From Patescibacteria group bacterium (lineage in GTDB: Bacteria > Patescibacteriota > Microgenomatia > Curtissbacterales > GWA2-41-24): a stretch of 64,000 bases of DNA. Below the pieces are notes generated by a model, which was not told the DNA's origin, ran no database searches, and was given only the letters and a program-made list of their open reading frames with translations. The stretch's first letter is position 1, and each line of letters opens with the position of its first letter. The stretch covers positions 12,111-76,110 of the forward strand of contig JBBTUN010000004.1 of NCBI GenBank assembly GCA_038063735.1, in the 5' to 3' direction. Made by a program: the position numbers and the translations under genes. Shown here in pieces: positions 50,250 through 59,846 of the stretch.

Positions 50250-51755
50250 ATGTTTCTCACTACAAAAAGGTTTCAGCAAACGTTAATTATTATTTTAATT
50301 ATTACTGCGGTTTTTTTCCGTTTTTACAAAATTAGGGATCATGTTGTTTTTTTGGGAGACGAGGGACGTGACATGATAGTTCTTAGGAACATTTTTTTAG
50401 AGAAGCGATTACCTTTTTTAGGGCCGTCAGCGTCTGTGGGGGGATTTTATCTAGGACCAATTTATTACTGGATGGCGGCGCCATTTTTGCTCCTATCAAA
50501 ATTTGACCCTATAGGACCTTCGTATATGGTCGCATTGTTTGGTGTAGGTACAGTTCTATTACTTTATAAATTTTTAAAAGAAGCGGTTGGTTTTTGGCCA
50601 GCGGCTTTAGCAAGCCTACTTTACGCAACCGCTCCTTTAATTGTTCGATATTCACGCTCATCTTGGAACCCCAACCCACTGCCGTTTTTTTCTCTGCTTC
50701 TCATATATTTTATTTATAAGGGTATTAAAAGCCAGAAATATTTATTTTTCGTAGGAGCTGGTGCCTGCCTTGGTGTGGCTATTCAGCTTCATTATCTAGC
50801 TTTAGTATTGGCACCACTAGCATTTTTTATAATTCTTTTGAATGAAAAATTTAGAAGAATTCCAGCCATTGCCGCATTGGCATTTCTTGGTTTTTTAATA
50901 ACATTTTCCCCCTTTTTAATATTTGAGATCCGTCATAATTTTCCGAATTTTAGATCAATTTTAGAATTTGTAACAAGAGGTAACACTGTTGGGTACAGCA
51001 AACCAAATTTTATTTGGACGCTTACCGATAACGGGAATATTTTTTTCGAATGGATATCTCAAATAACTGGCACGGTATATACCAGAATTTTATTTTCCAT
51101 TTTAACAGTATCGCTGGCACTGGGAACAATTATTGCCTGGAAAAATAAGGATCATAAATTAATCTTTACCATTGGGGTAATTTACTTTATAGGGGGCATA
51201 TTTTTATTAAGGTCGTACGCTGGCCAGTTGTACGATTATTATTTAGGAAGCATTTTCCCTGCCCCATTTTTTGTTTTCGGGCTTACGGCATTTCTATTTT
51301 GGAAAAACTTGCCATTAAAAATAATAGTTACATCAGCTAGCATTTTAATATTGGGGGCATTTTTAAGTCAGGGGTTTTACACAAAAAAACCAAACATGTT
51401 AATTCTGCAGACCGAATCCATTGCAAATTTTATTATCGATAAAACTGATAATGCGTCTTACAATTTCGCCCTAATCTCAAACAGCAATTCGGATTATGCG
51501 TATAGGTACTTTTTAGATATAAAACATAAAAGCCCCAAAAAATTAGAAGAACTGGTTACGGATCAGTTGATAGTAATTTGTGAGTCGAAAGAGTGTTCAC
51601 CCCTGGGAAATCCCTTGTGGGAAATCGCAGGTTTTGGGCGGGCAGAGATAGATAGTGAGTGGGATCTAGATAAATATGGATTTAAGCTATACAAACTGGT
51701 CCACTTGCCAGGAGAACCAAGCCCTGCCGGGAAGCCAGTAGTAAAAGGTATTTAA
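50250..51755 (+). CDS. GT-C fold membrane glycosyltransferase, paralog of 27050-28582
   Basis: It shares the GDEGRD / GPSASVGGFYLGPIYYW / FEIRHNFPNF blocks with the 27050 ORF and has 11 or more TM helices. Confidence 0.55.
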   Translation: MFLTTKRFQQTLIIILIITAVFFRFYKIRDHVVFLGDEGRDMIVLRNIFLEKRLPFLGPSASVGGFYLGPIYYWMAAPFLLLSKFDPIGPSYMVALFGVGTVLLLYKFLKEAVGFWPAALASLLYATAPLIVRYSRSSWNPNPLPFFSLLLIYFIYKGIKSQKYLFFVGAGACLGVAIQLHYLALVLAPLAFFIILLNEKFRRIPAIAALAFLGFLITFSPFLIFEIRHNFPNFRSILEFVTRGNTVGYSKPNFIWTLTDNGNIFFEWISQITGTVYTRILFSILTVSLALGTIIAWKNKDHKLIFTIGVIYFIGGIFLLRSYAGQLYDYYLGSIFPAPFFVFGLTAFLFWKNLPLKIIVTSASILILGAFLSQGFYTKKPNMLILQTESIANFIIDKTDNASYNFALISNSNSDYAYRYFLDIKHKSPKKLEELVTDQLIVICESKECSPLGNPLWEIAGFGRAEIDSEWDLDKYGFKLYKLVHLPGEPSPAGKPVVKGI

Positions 51756-51896
51756 AATAAAATTGTGCCGAAAAATGACATAAAGAATGAAAAAAAGTTC
51801 TAAAATATTAAAAAAATTTCCAAGACGAGAGCTAAATCGAGAATAGCTTTAGAAAAACTTATTACTCCAAATAATCTTTTTATTACTGCAATTTTT

Positions 51897-53142
51897 TTGG
51901 TGGTTTCAGTCCTATTCTGGTATCTCAGGTTGGCAAACTTCGAAAATAATATGAATTTCATTTTAGACCAGCCAAGTCATATGTTCGCTGCAAAAGAAAT
52001 GGTAGATACGAGAAAAATACCATTAATAGGACCAGTGGACGGAACTAGAGTAGTGAATGGAAAATCTTATTTTATTGGATCACAGTATTATTATATTCTT
52101 GGTGTTTTAGGGTTAGCTCTGAAGTGGGACGTAGTTTCAATTACAAAATTTATTTTATTTTACTGGTCGATAACAGGACTAATAATGTTTTTTTGGATAG
52201 CCAAAAAATTGGATTTATGATCCGCGCTTTTTGCATACACGATATTTTCGTTAACGCATTACATGATCGTGTTTAACAAAATGATAATAAATCCAAATTT
52301 TTTACCGTTAATTTCAATACCGCTCTTGTATTTTTTTTTGGAAAGCAATTACAAAAAACAGGCAAATTTTCTGGCTTGCAACCGGAGTTTTCGCAGGCCT
52401 AATATTTAGCTTCCACTTTTCAGGGATACTGTGGTTTCTGTTAATAGCTTTGATTTGGGTTGTTAAGTTTATAAAGAAGAAAACAAAATTAATGTCAATA
52501 ATATTGTTTGCACTGGGTGTCATATTAGGAAATTTTCCCTATGTAATATTTGAGCTAAGACATAATTTTTATAACCTAAAAACTTTCCTGGAAAACGGTG
52601 CAAATCCCCACAATCTAACTTTTGCAACACCGTTTTATTACTACGGTTTTATGTCCATTTACCTCTGGGCTATTGCAATAATTTATTTCCAAGTCGGTAA
52701 GAAAATTTGTTACCAAAATAAAGTAATTATTTTGCTGGTCTCATTGTTACTAGTGGTTAAGGGTAATTTTCCCATCCCAGATCATGCTTTTGGCATGCCA
52801 TCTGGGTGGACTGTGGGTAAAGAAAAATTCGTGGCCGCCAAAATTTGCGAAGATAATAATAAGAAAAATTTTGAAGTTGCAAGCCTTATTTCGGGAGACT
52901 ACCGAGCAGAGGAGTTAAGATGGTGGACTCAGCTTTGCGGCTCAAAATCGTTGCCTTACGATGGGTATCCTATTGCTGACACCCTGTTTTTGATAGATCG
53001 CGGAGAAACTGCACGGGACATTCACCTACCTGCTTGGGAAATTGCCACAATGTATCCAAGAAAAGTTGAATATGCTATAAACTTGGACGATGACGTATGG
53101 TTTTACAAATTAACTCGAACAAGAGAGAATATAACTAACTAA
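51897..53142 (+). pseudogene. decayed third paralog of the GT-C glycosyltransferase (frameshifted; core motif degenerate)
   Basis: The 51897-52220 piece has IPLIGPVDGTRVVNGKSYFIGSQYYY (cf. GPSASVGGFYLGPIYYW). The 52450-53142 piece has FPYVIFELRHNFYNLKTFLENGANP (cf. SPFLIFEIRHNFPNFRSILEF). They are separated by about 230 nt readable only in other frames. The DxGRD motif is replaced by DQPSHM. Confidence 0.55.
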
Positions 53143-53150
53143 AATTTAAA

Positions 53151-54095
53151 ATGATAAATAGTTTAACAACCGCCAAACAACTTGATAAAAAAACAATAAG
53201 TAAGATTTTTACAAGTGCAGACAAAGTAAAATCTAAAAGATTTAATAAAAATTTGCTTCAGGGTAAACTAATGGCCACCTTATTTTACGAACCATCGACC
53301 AGGACACGACTATCCTTTGAATCGGCCATGCAAAAACTTGGAGGCAATGTAATCACTACAGAAAATGCTGCTGAATTTTCATCAGCCATAAAAGGTGAGA
53401 CGCTAGAAGACACTATACGGGTAGTTCAGTCGTTTGCAGATGTAATTGTACTCAGGCATTTTGCAGAAGGAGCATCAGAAATCGCTGCAGAATATTCCAA
53501 AGTACCAATCATTAATGCTGGAGACGGTAGGGGCGAACACCCCACACAAGCCTTGCTCGACCTTTACACGATATTTTCCAAGTTTCCTAGTGTTGGCACA
53601 AAAAAAATACGGATTGCAATGGTTGGTGATCTAGCTAACGGCAGAACAGTCCACTCTTTAAGCTATTTACTTACACTCTTCAACCAGATTGAACTGATTT
53701 ACATTTCTCCAAAAGCTTTGTCCATTCCAGAATCATTGAGGGAATTTCTAAAAGACAAAAAAATGCAATTTACCCAGTCGGAAAAATTAGATGACGCATT
53801 AAAAATAGCAGATGTTATCTATCAGACCAGAATACAAAAGGAAAGATTTGTTTCCTCGGGTGACGGTGCATATAGTGAAAGCGAGTATCTTCATTATTTT
53901 GGTAAATATGTGATAGATAAAAAAACTTTGGTAAAAATAAAAAAAAGTGCTGTCATAATGCACCCGTTACCACGTGTTAACGAAATTTCACCGGAAATTG
54001 ACTCAGACCCGAGAGCCATCTATTTTGAGCAGGTACAAAACGGACTTTACATAAGAATGGCCCTTCTTATTTACCTCTTTGACAAAAAGAGTTAA
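53151..54095 (+). CDS. pyrB: aspartate carbamoyltransferase catalytic subunit
   Basis: STRTRLSFE carbamoyl-phosphate site, HPTQ and HPLP motifs (the ATCase rather than OTCase pattern). No pyrI or other pyr genes are nearby. Confidence 0.75.
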   Translation: MINSLTTAKQLDKKTISKIFTSADKVKSKRFNKNLLQGKLMATLFYEPSTRTRLSFESAMQKLGGNVITTENAAEFSSAIKGETLEDTIRVVQSFADVIVLRHFAEGASEIAAEYSKVPIINAGDGRGEHPTQALLDLYTIFSKFPSVGTKKIRIAMVGDLANGRTVHSLSYLLTLFNQIELIYISPKALSIPESLREFLKDKKMQFTQSEKLDDALKIADVIYQTRIQKERFVSSGDGAYSESEYLHYFGKYVIDKKTLVKIKKSAVIMHPLPRVNEISPEIDSDPRAIYFEQVQNGLYIRMALLIYLFDKKS

Positions 54096-54131
54096 AAAAT
54101 TCAATAATTTTATATAGCACATCTAAACCAC

Positions 54132-54887
54132 ATGTTTGATAAACCACATTTATCCGTAATAATCCCTGCTTACAACGAGGAGCCCAATTTTGAAAAGGGT
54201 GCCATAGATGAAGTCCCAAAATACTTAGAAAAACAGGATTATACACACGAAATACTAATAGTAGATGACGGATCAAGTGACAATACTGCAAAACTAGCTC
54301 TGGAATTTGCTAAAAAAAATAAAAATGTAAGAGTCATCAAAAACCCGCACGAAGGAAAAGCAGAGACAGTAAAAAGAGGCGTACAAGAAGCAAAAGGTGA
54401 GTATATACTCTTTACGGATTTCGACCAAGCGACACCTATTCACGAGGTAGAAAAACTCCTCGCTTATTTCCCGGAGTACGACATAGTTATTGGATCAAGA
54501 CAATTGCCTGGTGCAAAACGGGAGAAAGAACCATTTCATAGGCATTTGATGGGTCTTGTATTTAATATTCTGGTTCAAATCATTGCAATACGCGGAATAT
54601 GGGACACACAAGCCGGGTTTAAATGCTTTAAAAGTGATACAGCAAAGGACTTATTTGAAAAGTTAAAAGTTTATGGTAAAGGTAAAAAAGTTCAAGGCGC
54701 GCTCGTAACAGCTTTTGACGTTGAGCTTTTGTTTATAGCCAAAAAACATAAATTCAAAATCAAAGAGGTGCCAATAATATGGCATCACGTATCAACGACT
54801 CGCGTAAACCCAATTAAGGATTCCTTAAGGATGCTAAGAGATGTAATTAAAATTCGCCTTAATGACTTCCGTGGCGTCTATAAATAA
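54132..54887 (+). CDS. GT2 family glycosyltransferase (Dpm1/polyprenol-phosphate glycosyltransferase-like)
   Basis: LSVIIPAYNE...VDDGSSDNT...DFDQATP motifs. Overlaps the next membrane GT. Confidence 0.75.
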   Translation: MFDKPHLSVIIPAYNEEPNFEKGAIDEVPKYLEKQDYTHEILIVDDGSSDNTAKLALEFAKKNKNVRVIKNPHEGKAETVKRGVQEAKGEYILFTDFDQATPIHEVEKLLAYFPEYDIVIGSRQLPGAKREKEPFHRHLMGLVFNILVQIIAIRGIWDTQAGFKCFKSDTAKDLFEKLKVYGKGKKVQGALVTAFDVELLFIAKKHKFKIKEVPIIWHHVSTTRVNPIKDSLRMLRDVIKIRLNDFRGVYK

Positions 54888-56256
54888 TTTCCTAAAGAGA
54901 AACATTCTATATATCCTGCTCATAATTATTGCTCTTGCGTTCAGAATTTGGGATATTACCGAATCTTTCCCGTTCGACTACGACCAGGCAATCTCGGCGC
55001 AAATTGCATACGATTTTTTCGTGAATCACAAATTGTCTCTTATTGGTCAAGAGTTGTCCTTTCAGGGTTTTTACCTTGGGCCTTTACATAATTGGGTTCA
55101 ATTCACCCCGTATTATTTTTGTAATCTTCAACCTGATTGTGTTCCGCATTTTTACCTGATTATTTCAATAATAACGATAGTTATAACCTATTTTTTATTA
55201 AAAAGAATATTTTCAACAGCCATCGCATTTATTGTTGCTCTAATTTACTCCATATCGTATACAGCTATTTCATTCGAAAGGGGTGTAAACAGTAATTATT
55301 TTTTATTTTTTACCACCGTTGTTGTTATTTACTGCTTACATGAATACTATTTGAATAAAAACAAATTTCTAATAATTGGCGCATTTTTTACAGGTATCGC
55401 TGTCGTAAATTTTAACCCTGTTTTTATTTTCTCAACCGCATTTTTTTACATATCGACAATCTTAAGAGGCCGGATCAATATAAAATATTACGTGCTCTCG
55501 CTGGTTGCTTTTTTTATTAACTATTTACCACTGGCAGTTTTTGATTATCGACATGACCATATCCTTCTTAATAATTTGGCAAACTTCTTTAATCAAAACA
55601 CGGCAAACGAAGATTTTTTTTATAGACTGCATTTTTTGATAGGTAAAATTTTTGTACCTTTTAACACATATTATTTATTCCATTCAACAAAAATTTGGTA
55701 CGTAATTATATTTCTTACTACATTAATTCCAGGTGTGATAGTTATCCTAAAAAGCAAAAGTAAATTATACATATCTCTCCTGATTTGGCCACCGCTCGTA
55801 ATTTTGGGATTTCTCTTTTATAAGGGTCATATACCTGATTATTATTTTCAACAATTTGTAGTTGTGATTCTAATAATTTTAGCATTTGCCCTCGCAAAAA
55901 AACCTATAATCGCGATCGCGTTTATTGCCTTGCTAACATATGTAAATGTAAATCTCCTCGTGCATTCAAAGTACCCGATAAATTACCAGCTTAAAAAGAA
56001 AGTAGTAAATTCTATTCTAGAAAGTACAAAGGAAGATTCTTTTAATGTTTACTACAGTATGCCACCAGGGCTAAATACGGGTTATTCGACTATTTTTAAG
56101 CTATATCAAAGATACCCTCAAGAAAATCAGAAAAATCTTTATATTATCGACTATTCTGATGCCAAGTCTTTCGATATGAAAAAGTACGCTCAACTTGGCA
56201 AAGTAACTCAAGTTCAGTCATTTGATAGTTTTCTTAGAGTTGTTTCAGTAAAATGA
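54862..56256 (+). CDS. GT-C-like polytopic membrane glycosyltransferase (divergent relative of the 27050/50250 paralogs)
   Basis: Multi-TM protein with an N-terminal loop FDYDQAISAQIAYDF...GQELSFQGFYLGPLHNW, comparable to the D.GRD/GP.AS..G.YLGP block of the other paralogs. Confidence 0.45.
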   Translation: MTSVASINNFLKRNILYILLIIIALAFRIWDITESFPFDYDQAISAQIAYDFFVNHKLSLIGQELSFQGFYLGPLHNWVQFTPYYFCNLQPDCVPHFYLIISIITIVITYFLLKRIFSTAIAFIVALIYSISYTAISFERGVNSNYFLFFTTVVVIYCLHEYYLNKNKFLIIGAFFTGIAVVNFNPVFIFSTAFFYISTILRGRINIKYYVLSLVAFFINYLPLAVFDYRHDHILLNNLANFFNQNTANEDFFYRLHFLIGKIFVPFNTYYLFHSTKIWYVIIFLTTLIPGVIVILKSKSKLYISLLIWPPLVILGFLFYKGHIPDYYFQQFVVVILIILAFALAKKPIIAIAFIALLTYVNVNLLVHSKYPINYQLKKKVVNSILESTKEDSFNVYYSMPPGLNTGYSTIFKLYQRYPQENQKNLYIIDYSDAKSFDMKKYAQLGKVTQVQSFDSFLRVVSVK

Positions 56257-56263
56257 GATACCT

Positions 56264-57463
56264 ATGACCAAACAAGAAAAAGTGCTAATGACACTTGGCA
56301 TTTTAATTTACTCGTTACTTACGATATTTTCCTATGCCTACGTTGATTTAAATCTTACGTTAAGCCAAAACTCAACAGCGCTAGCCTTCGTCTCCTTTAT
56401 GCAAATTCTAGGTTATTTTCAAAGAAGTCTTAGCACCAAACTATATATATTGATTGTTTCGGTATTATTTTCTTATCTCCTATACCATCTCTATTTGGCA
56501 GCAAAGGGTTCCTTGTCCATTAAATACGTCTTTAAAATTGTGATCGTTTTATCAGTCCTTAGCGCCCTTGCGTATCCATTCTTATCTTCTGACGTGTTCA
56601 ATTATCTTTTTGACGCCAAAATAGTCTTAAAATACCACTTAAACCCTTACACCCACCGAGCTATGGATTTTCCAAACGACGATTGGGTACGATTTATGCG
56701 CTGGATACATAGATATTCACCATACGGACCCATGTGGCTAATTTTATCAATCTTTCCTGCATTTTTTAGTTTTGGAAAATTTACGCTTAACCTGCTCTTA
56801 TTCAAAATACTAATGGCGGCCTTTCATATTTTGAATACATATTTGATTTACTCAATTCTTAGAAAGATCAATCCATCAAAGGTGATTTTTGGGGTCTCCC
56901 TTTACGGTTTAAACCCGCTTTTTATTATAGAAGGCATCATCAATGCTCATAACGACGTCGTTATTGCCTCCTTTATGTTGCTGTCAATATATTTAGTTAT
57001 TAATAAAAATCATATCGCAAGTTTTGTGTCACTAATAATAGGGTTTTTAATGAAATATTTCCCTATCCTTAATTTGCCGTGGCTGATTTTGTTCGCGATA
57101 AGAAATAAGTTAAGTATTAAAACTTTTATACTTCTCAATATATTGACAATGATTTTTTTCACCTTTATTTACTCAACTTTTAAAGTTTCCGTGCCATTTG
57201 TGTCCAGTGGCGCAACCCAGACCCAATTTCAACCGTGGTATCTATTTTGGACAGTTCCGTTGCTAGTCCTCACTTTAAGAAAAGACTTTATTGCAGTAGC
57301 CCTTGCGTTGTCTATTGGGGCCCTGATGCGCTATTTACCTTATTTATACTGGGGAGACTGGTCTCACAACAACACAATCATTTTTATGCAAGCGACGACC
57401 ATAGCACCTGCAATTGCTGTCGCTTTTTTCTTTTTAGTTAAAGAACACTTGCTCAAGAAATGA
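56264..57463 (+). CDS. polytopic membrane protein, possible GT-C/DUF2029-like glycosyltransferase
   Basis: About 10 TM helices and 399 aa, embedded between glycosyltransferases. The assignment is by context. Confidence 0.3.
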   Translation: MTKQEKVLMTLGILIYSLLTIFSYAYVDLNLTLSQNSTALAFVSFMQILGYFQRSLSTKLYILIVSVLFSYLLYHLYLAAKGSLSIKYVFKIVIVLSVLSALAYPFLSSDVFNYLFDAKIVLKYHLNPYTHRAMDFPNDDWVRFMRWIHRYSPYGPMWLILSIFPAFFSFGKFTLNLLLFKILMAAFHILNTYLIYSILRKINPSKVIFGVSLYGLNPLFIIEGIINAHNDVVIASFMLLSIYLVINKNHIASFVSLIIGFLMKYFPILNLPWLILFAIRNKLSIKTFILLNILTMIFFTFIYSTFKVSVPFVSSGATQTQFQPWYLFWTVPLLVLTLRKDFIAVALALSIGALMRYLPYLYWGDWSHNNTIIFMQATTIAPAIAVAFFFLVKEHLLKK

Positions 57464-57464
57464 C

Positions 57465-59846
57465 ATGATTAAAAAAATTGCGCCACTAATTTTAATAATT
57501 GTAATAACTCTCCTCGTTTTTTTTAAGATATTTTTTCAGGGATTATACCCATTTCCCGGAGATGCACTGGTGTCTCAAAACTTCCCTTGGTATGCAGGGG
57601 GTTGGACGGGATACGACCCCTGGACAACCTATAAACACGCTGGAGCAGTTGACGCAAACAGAGAACACATACCATGGCATCACTTAACAATCACAAATAT
57701 AAAACAATACGCGACGTTACCCTTATGGAACCCGCATAATTACTCTGGGACGCCTCATCTTGCCAACATCCAAACATTCATTTTCAATCCGATTAACGTA
57801 TTATTTTTATTTCTACCATTTTTCTCTGCTTGGGTTGTCTTCATAATTCTGCAGATGCCTCTAACCATGTTCTTTACTTATTTATTTTCAAGAAGCCTAG
57901 GATTAACAAAAAGGTCAAGTTTCTTTGCAGGATTTGCGTACGTTTTCTCTAGCTATTTTATATTTTGGTATGAGATTGGAATTATTGGAAATACAATTAT
58001 GTGGCTACCTCTAATCTTGTATTCTATCCAAAATCTCCTAACAACTCTAAAAAATAGATACTTATTTTTATTAATAATTGCGTCAACAGCATCCATCTTC
58101 GCAGGCCATATCCAGACGAGCTCATTCATCTTCCTTGTCGCAGTAGCATTCTTTGTATTTCAAGCCTTTTCAATATCCAGTGAGAAGAAAAAATCTGTGC
58201 TACTTCTATGCGCTTGGCTTGTTTCGACCATTTTACTAACCGCAATTCAAACGGTTCCAACAATCGAACTATATATAAATTCCCCTTTGGTCAAACCCTT
58301 TTCTAAAGAAATATTTAATACAGACACCATGCCACTCATAAACCTAATGAGTCTTTTTGCCCCAGATTTTTTCGGAAGCTTTGCTACTAATAACACGTGG
58401 GTCAAGGGTTACGGTGATAGCACTCCAAATATAGGTACGTTGCCACTCCTATTTTCCATTTTCGCAGTATTTAGTGTAAGAAAAAGAGAAGTCAAATTTT
58501 TTTTAATCCTAGCGATAGCATTTCTTCTATTCGCAACAAAAAGCCCCTTATACTTATTAATTAAGAACTTGGGAGTGCCAATTTTGACAGGCACATCTCC
58601 CACACGCACGATATTCGTTTTTTGTTTTAGCTTGTCAATTCTAGCTGCCTGTGGCCTAGAGCAGTTTATAAAATCTAAAAAGCTGAGTAAAAGTTTATAT
58701 TTACTAATATCGATATTTTTTGTGACCTACGGGGCTATCATAGCTTCAACTTTTTTTTTACCGATACTATTAAAAGATCAGAGCATTGGGACTAATTTAT
58801 TAGTAACTAGGAGAAACCTAATAATTCCCTTAACGAGTCTGTTAATTTTGATTTTCGTAATCGTGGTAGGGAAAGTTTTTTCAAAAGCAAAATTTAGAGT
58901 TCGACAAGCACAAATTTATATTATTCTGGTAGTAACACTGCTTGCGGGTATTTACCAATTTAATAAAATGTCACCTTTCTCAAAAGCAAAAGACTTTTTT
59001 CCGGAACACTCTTTAATCAGCTGGCTGCAAGACAATGCCTCAATAAATAGGTTTTATGGAGAGGGAACATCCAGGTTTGATAATAACCTGGCCACCTACT
59101 ATCACATTTACTCGGCAGAGGGTTATAGCGTTTTTAGACTAACCAGATATGCAGAGTTAATGGTATCGCAAGATTCAGGGAAAGTCCCATTAAAATATAA
59201 CCGAGCCGACGCGGAATTTAGTACAGTAAACAGTCACAACAAAAAAAGGCTCTTTAACCTATTAGGTATAAAATATTTGGTCCTTAAAGACGATTTTGCA
59301 AGAGATGCCACAGTAGATGATGTAGGCAAGCCGGAAGACGACGTAAAACTAGCTTGGCAAGAGGGGAAATTTAAAATTTATGAAAGAAACCAGGTATTAC
59401 CCAGGTTCTTTTTATCCTCGGACTTTGTGGTTGCTAAAGATGACCAAGAAATACTAGACAAAATTTATGATGATAACTTTAATCTCCACACAATAATACT
59501 CGAAAAAAGCCCTATTGCCGCATTAAACACATCACCCACTGACCAAGTGGAATTAATAGACTATAAACCTAATACTGTTTCGTTTAAAACAAAAACCGAA
59601 GGTAACACATTATTATTTTTATCAGACACTTTCTATCCCGGATGGGAAGCCAAAGTCGATAATTCCAAAACGGATATTTACAGGGCAGATTATGCTCTGC
59701 GAGCAATCGAAATTCCAAAAGGTGACCATCTAATCACCTTTAGATACAAACCAGTCTCATATTTGTTGGGTCTATACATTACCTTAACTACATTATTAAT
59801 AATGGTTGTATCACTACTATGGTTAATAAAATACAAAAAATTTTGA
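57465..59846 (+). CDS. YfhO-family membrane protein (GT-C-type glycosyl transferase for cell-envelope polymers)
   Basis: 793 aa, many TM helices and a large C-terminal extracytoplasmic domain. The N-terminal FPGDALVSQNFPWY...LPLWNP...GTPHLANIQ blocks are typical of YfhO. Confidence 0.55.
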   Translation: MIKKIAPLILIIVITLLVFFKIFFQGLYPFPGDALVSQNFPWYAGGWTGYDPWTTYKHAGAVDANREHIPWHHLTITNIKQYATLPLWNPHNYSGTPHLANIQTFIFNPINVLFLFLPFFSAWVVFIILQMPLTMFFTYLFSRSLGLTKRSSFFAGFAYVFSSYFIFWYEIGIIGNTIMWLPLILYSIQNLLTTLKNRYLFLLIIASTASIFAGHIQTSSFIFLVAVAFFVFQAFSISSEKKKSVLLLCAWLVSTILLTAIQTVPTIELYINSPLVKPFSKEIFNTDTMPLINLMSLFAPDFFGSFATNNTWVKGYGDSTPNIGTLPLLFSIFAVFSVRKREVKFFLILAIAFLLFATKSPLYLLIKNLGVPILTGTSPTRTIFVFCFSLSILAACGLEQFIKSKKLSKSLYLLISIFFVTYGAIIASTFFLPILLKDQSIGTNLLVTRRNLIIPLTSLLILIFVIVVGKVFSKAKFRVRQAQIYIILVVTLLAGIYQFNKMSPFSKAKDFFPEHSLISWLQDNASINRFYGEGTSRFDNNLATYYHIYSAEGYSVFRLTRYAELMVSQDSGKVPLKYNRADAEFSTVNSHNKKRLFNLLGIKYLVLKDDFARDATVDDVGKPEDDVKLAWQEGKFKIYERNQVLPRFFLSSDFVVAKDDQEILDKIYDDNFNLHTIILEKSPIAALNTSPTDQVELIDYKPNTVSFKTKTEGNTLLFLSDTFYPGWEAKVDNSKTDIYRADYALRAIEIPKGDHLITFRYKPVSYLLGLYITLTTLLIMVVSLLWLIKYKKF

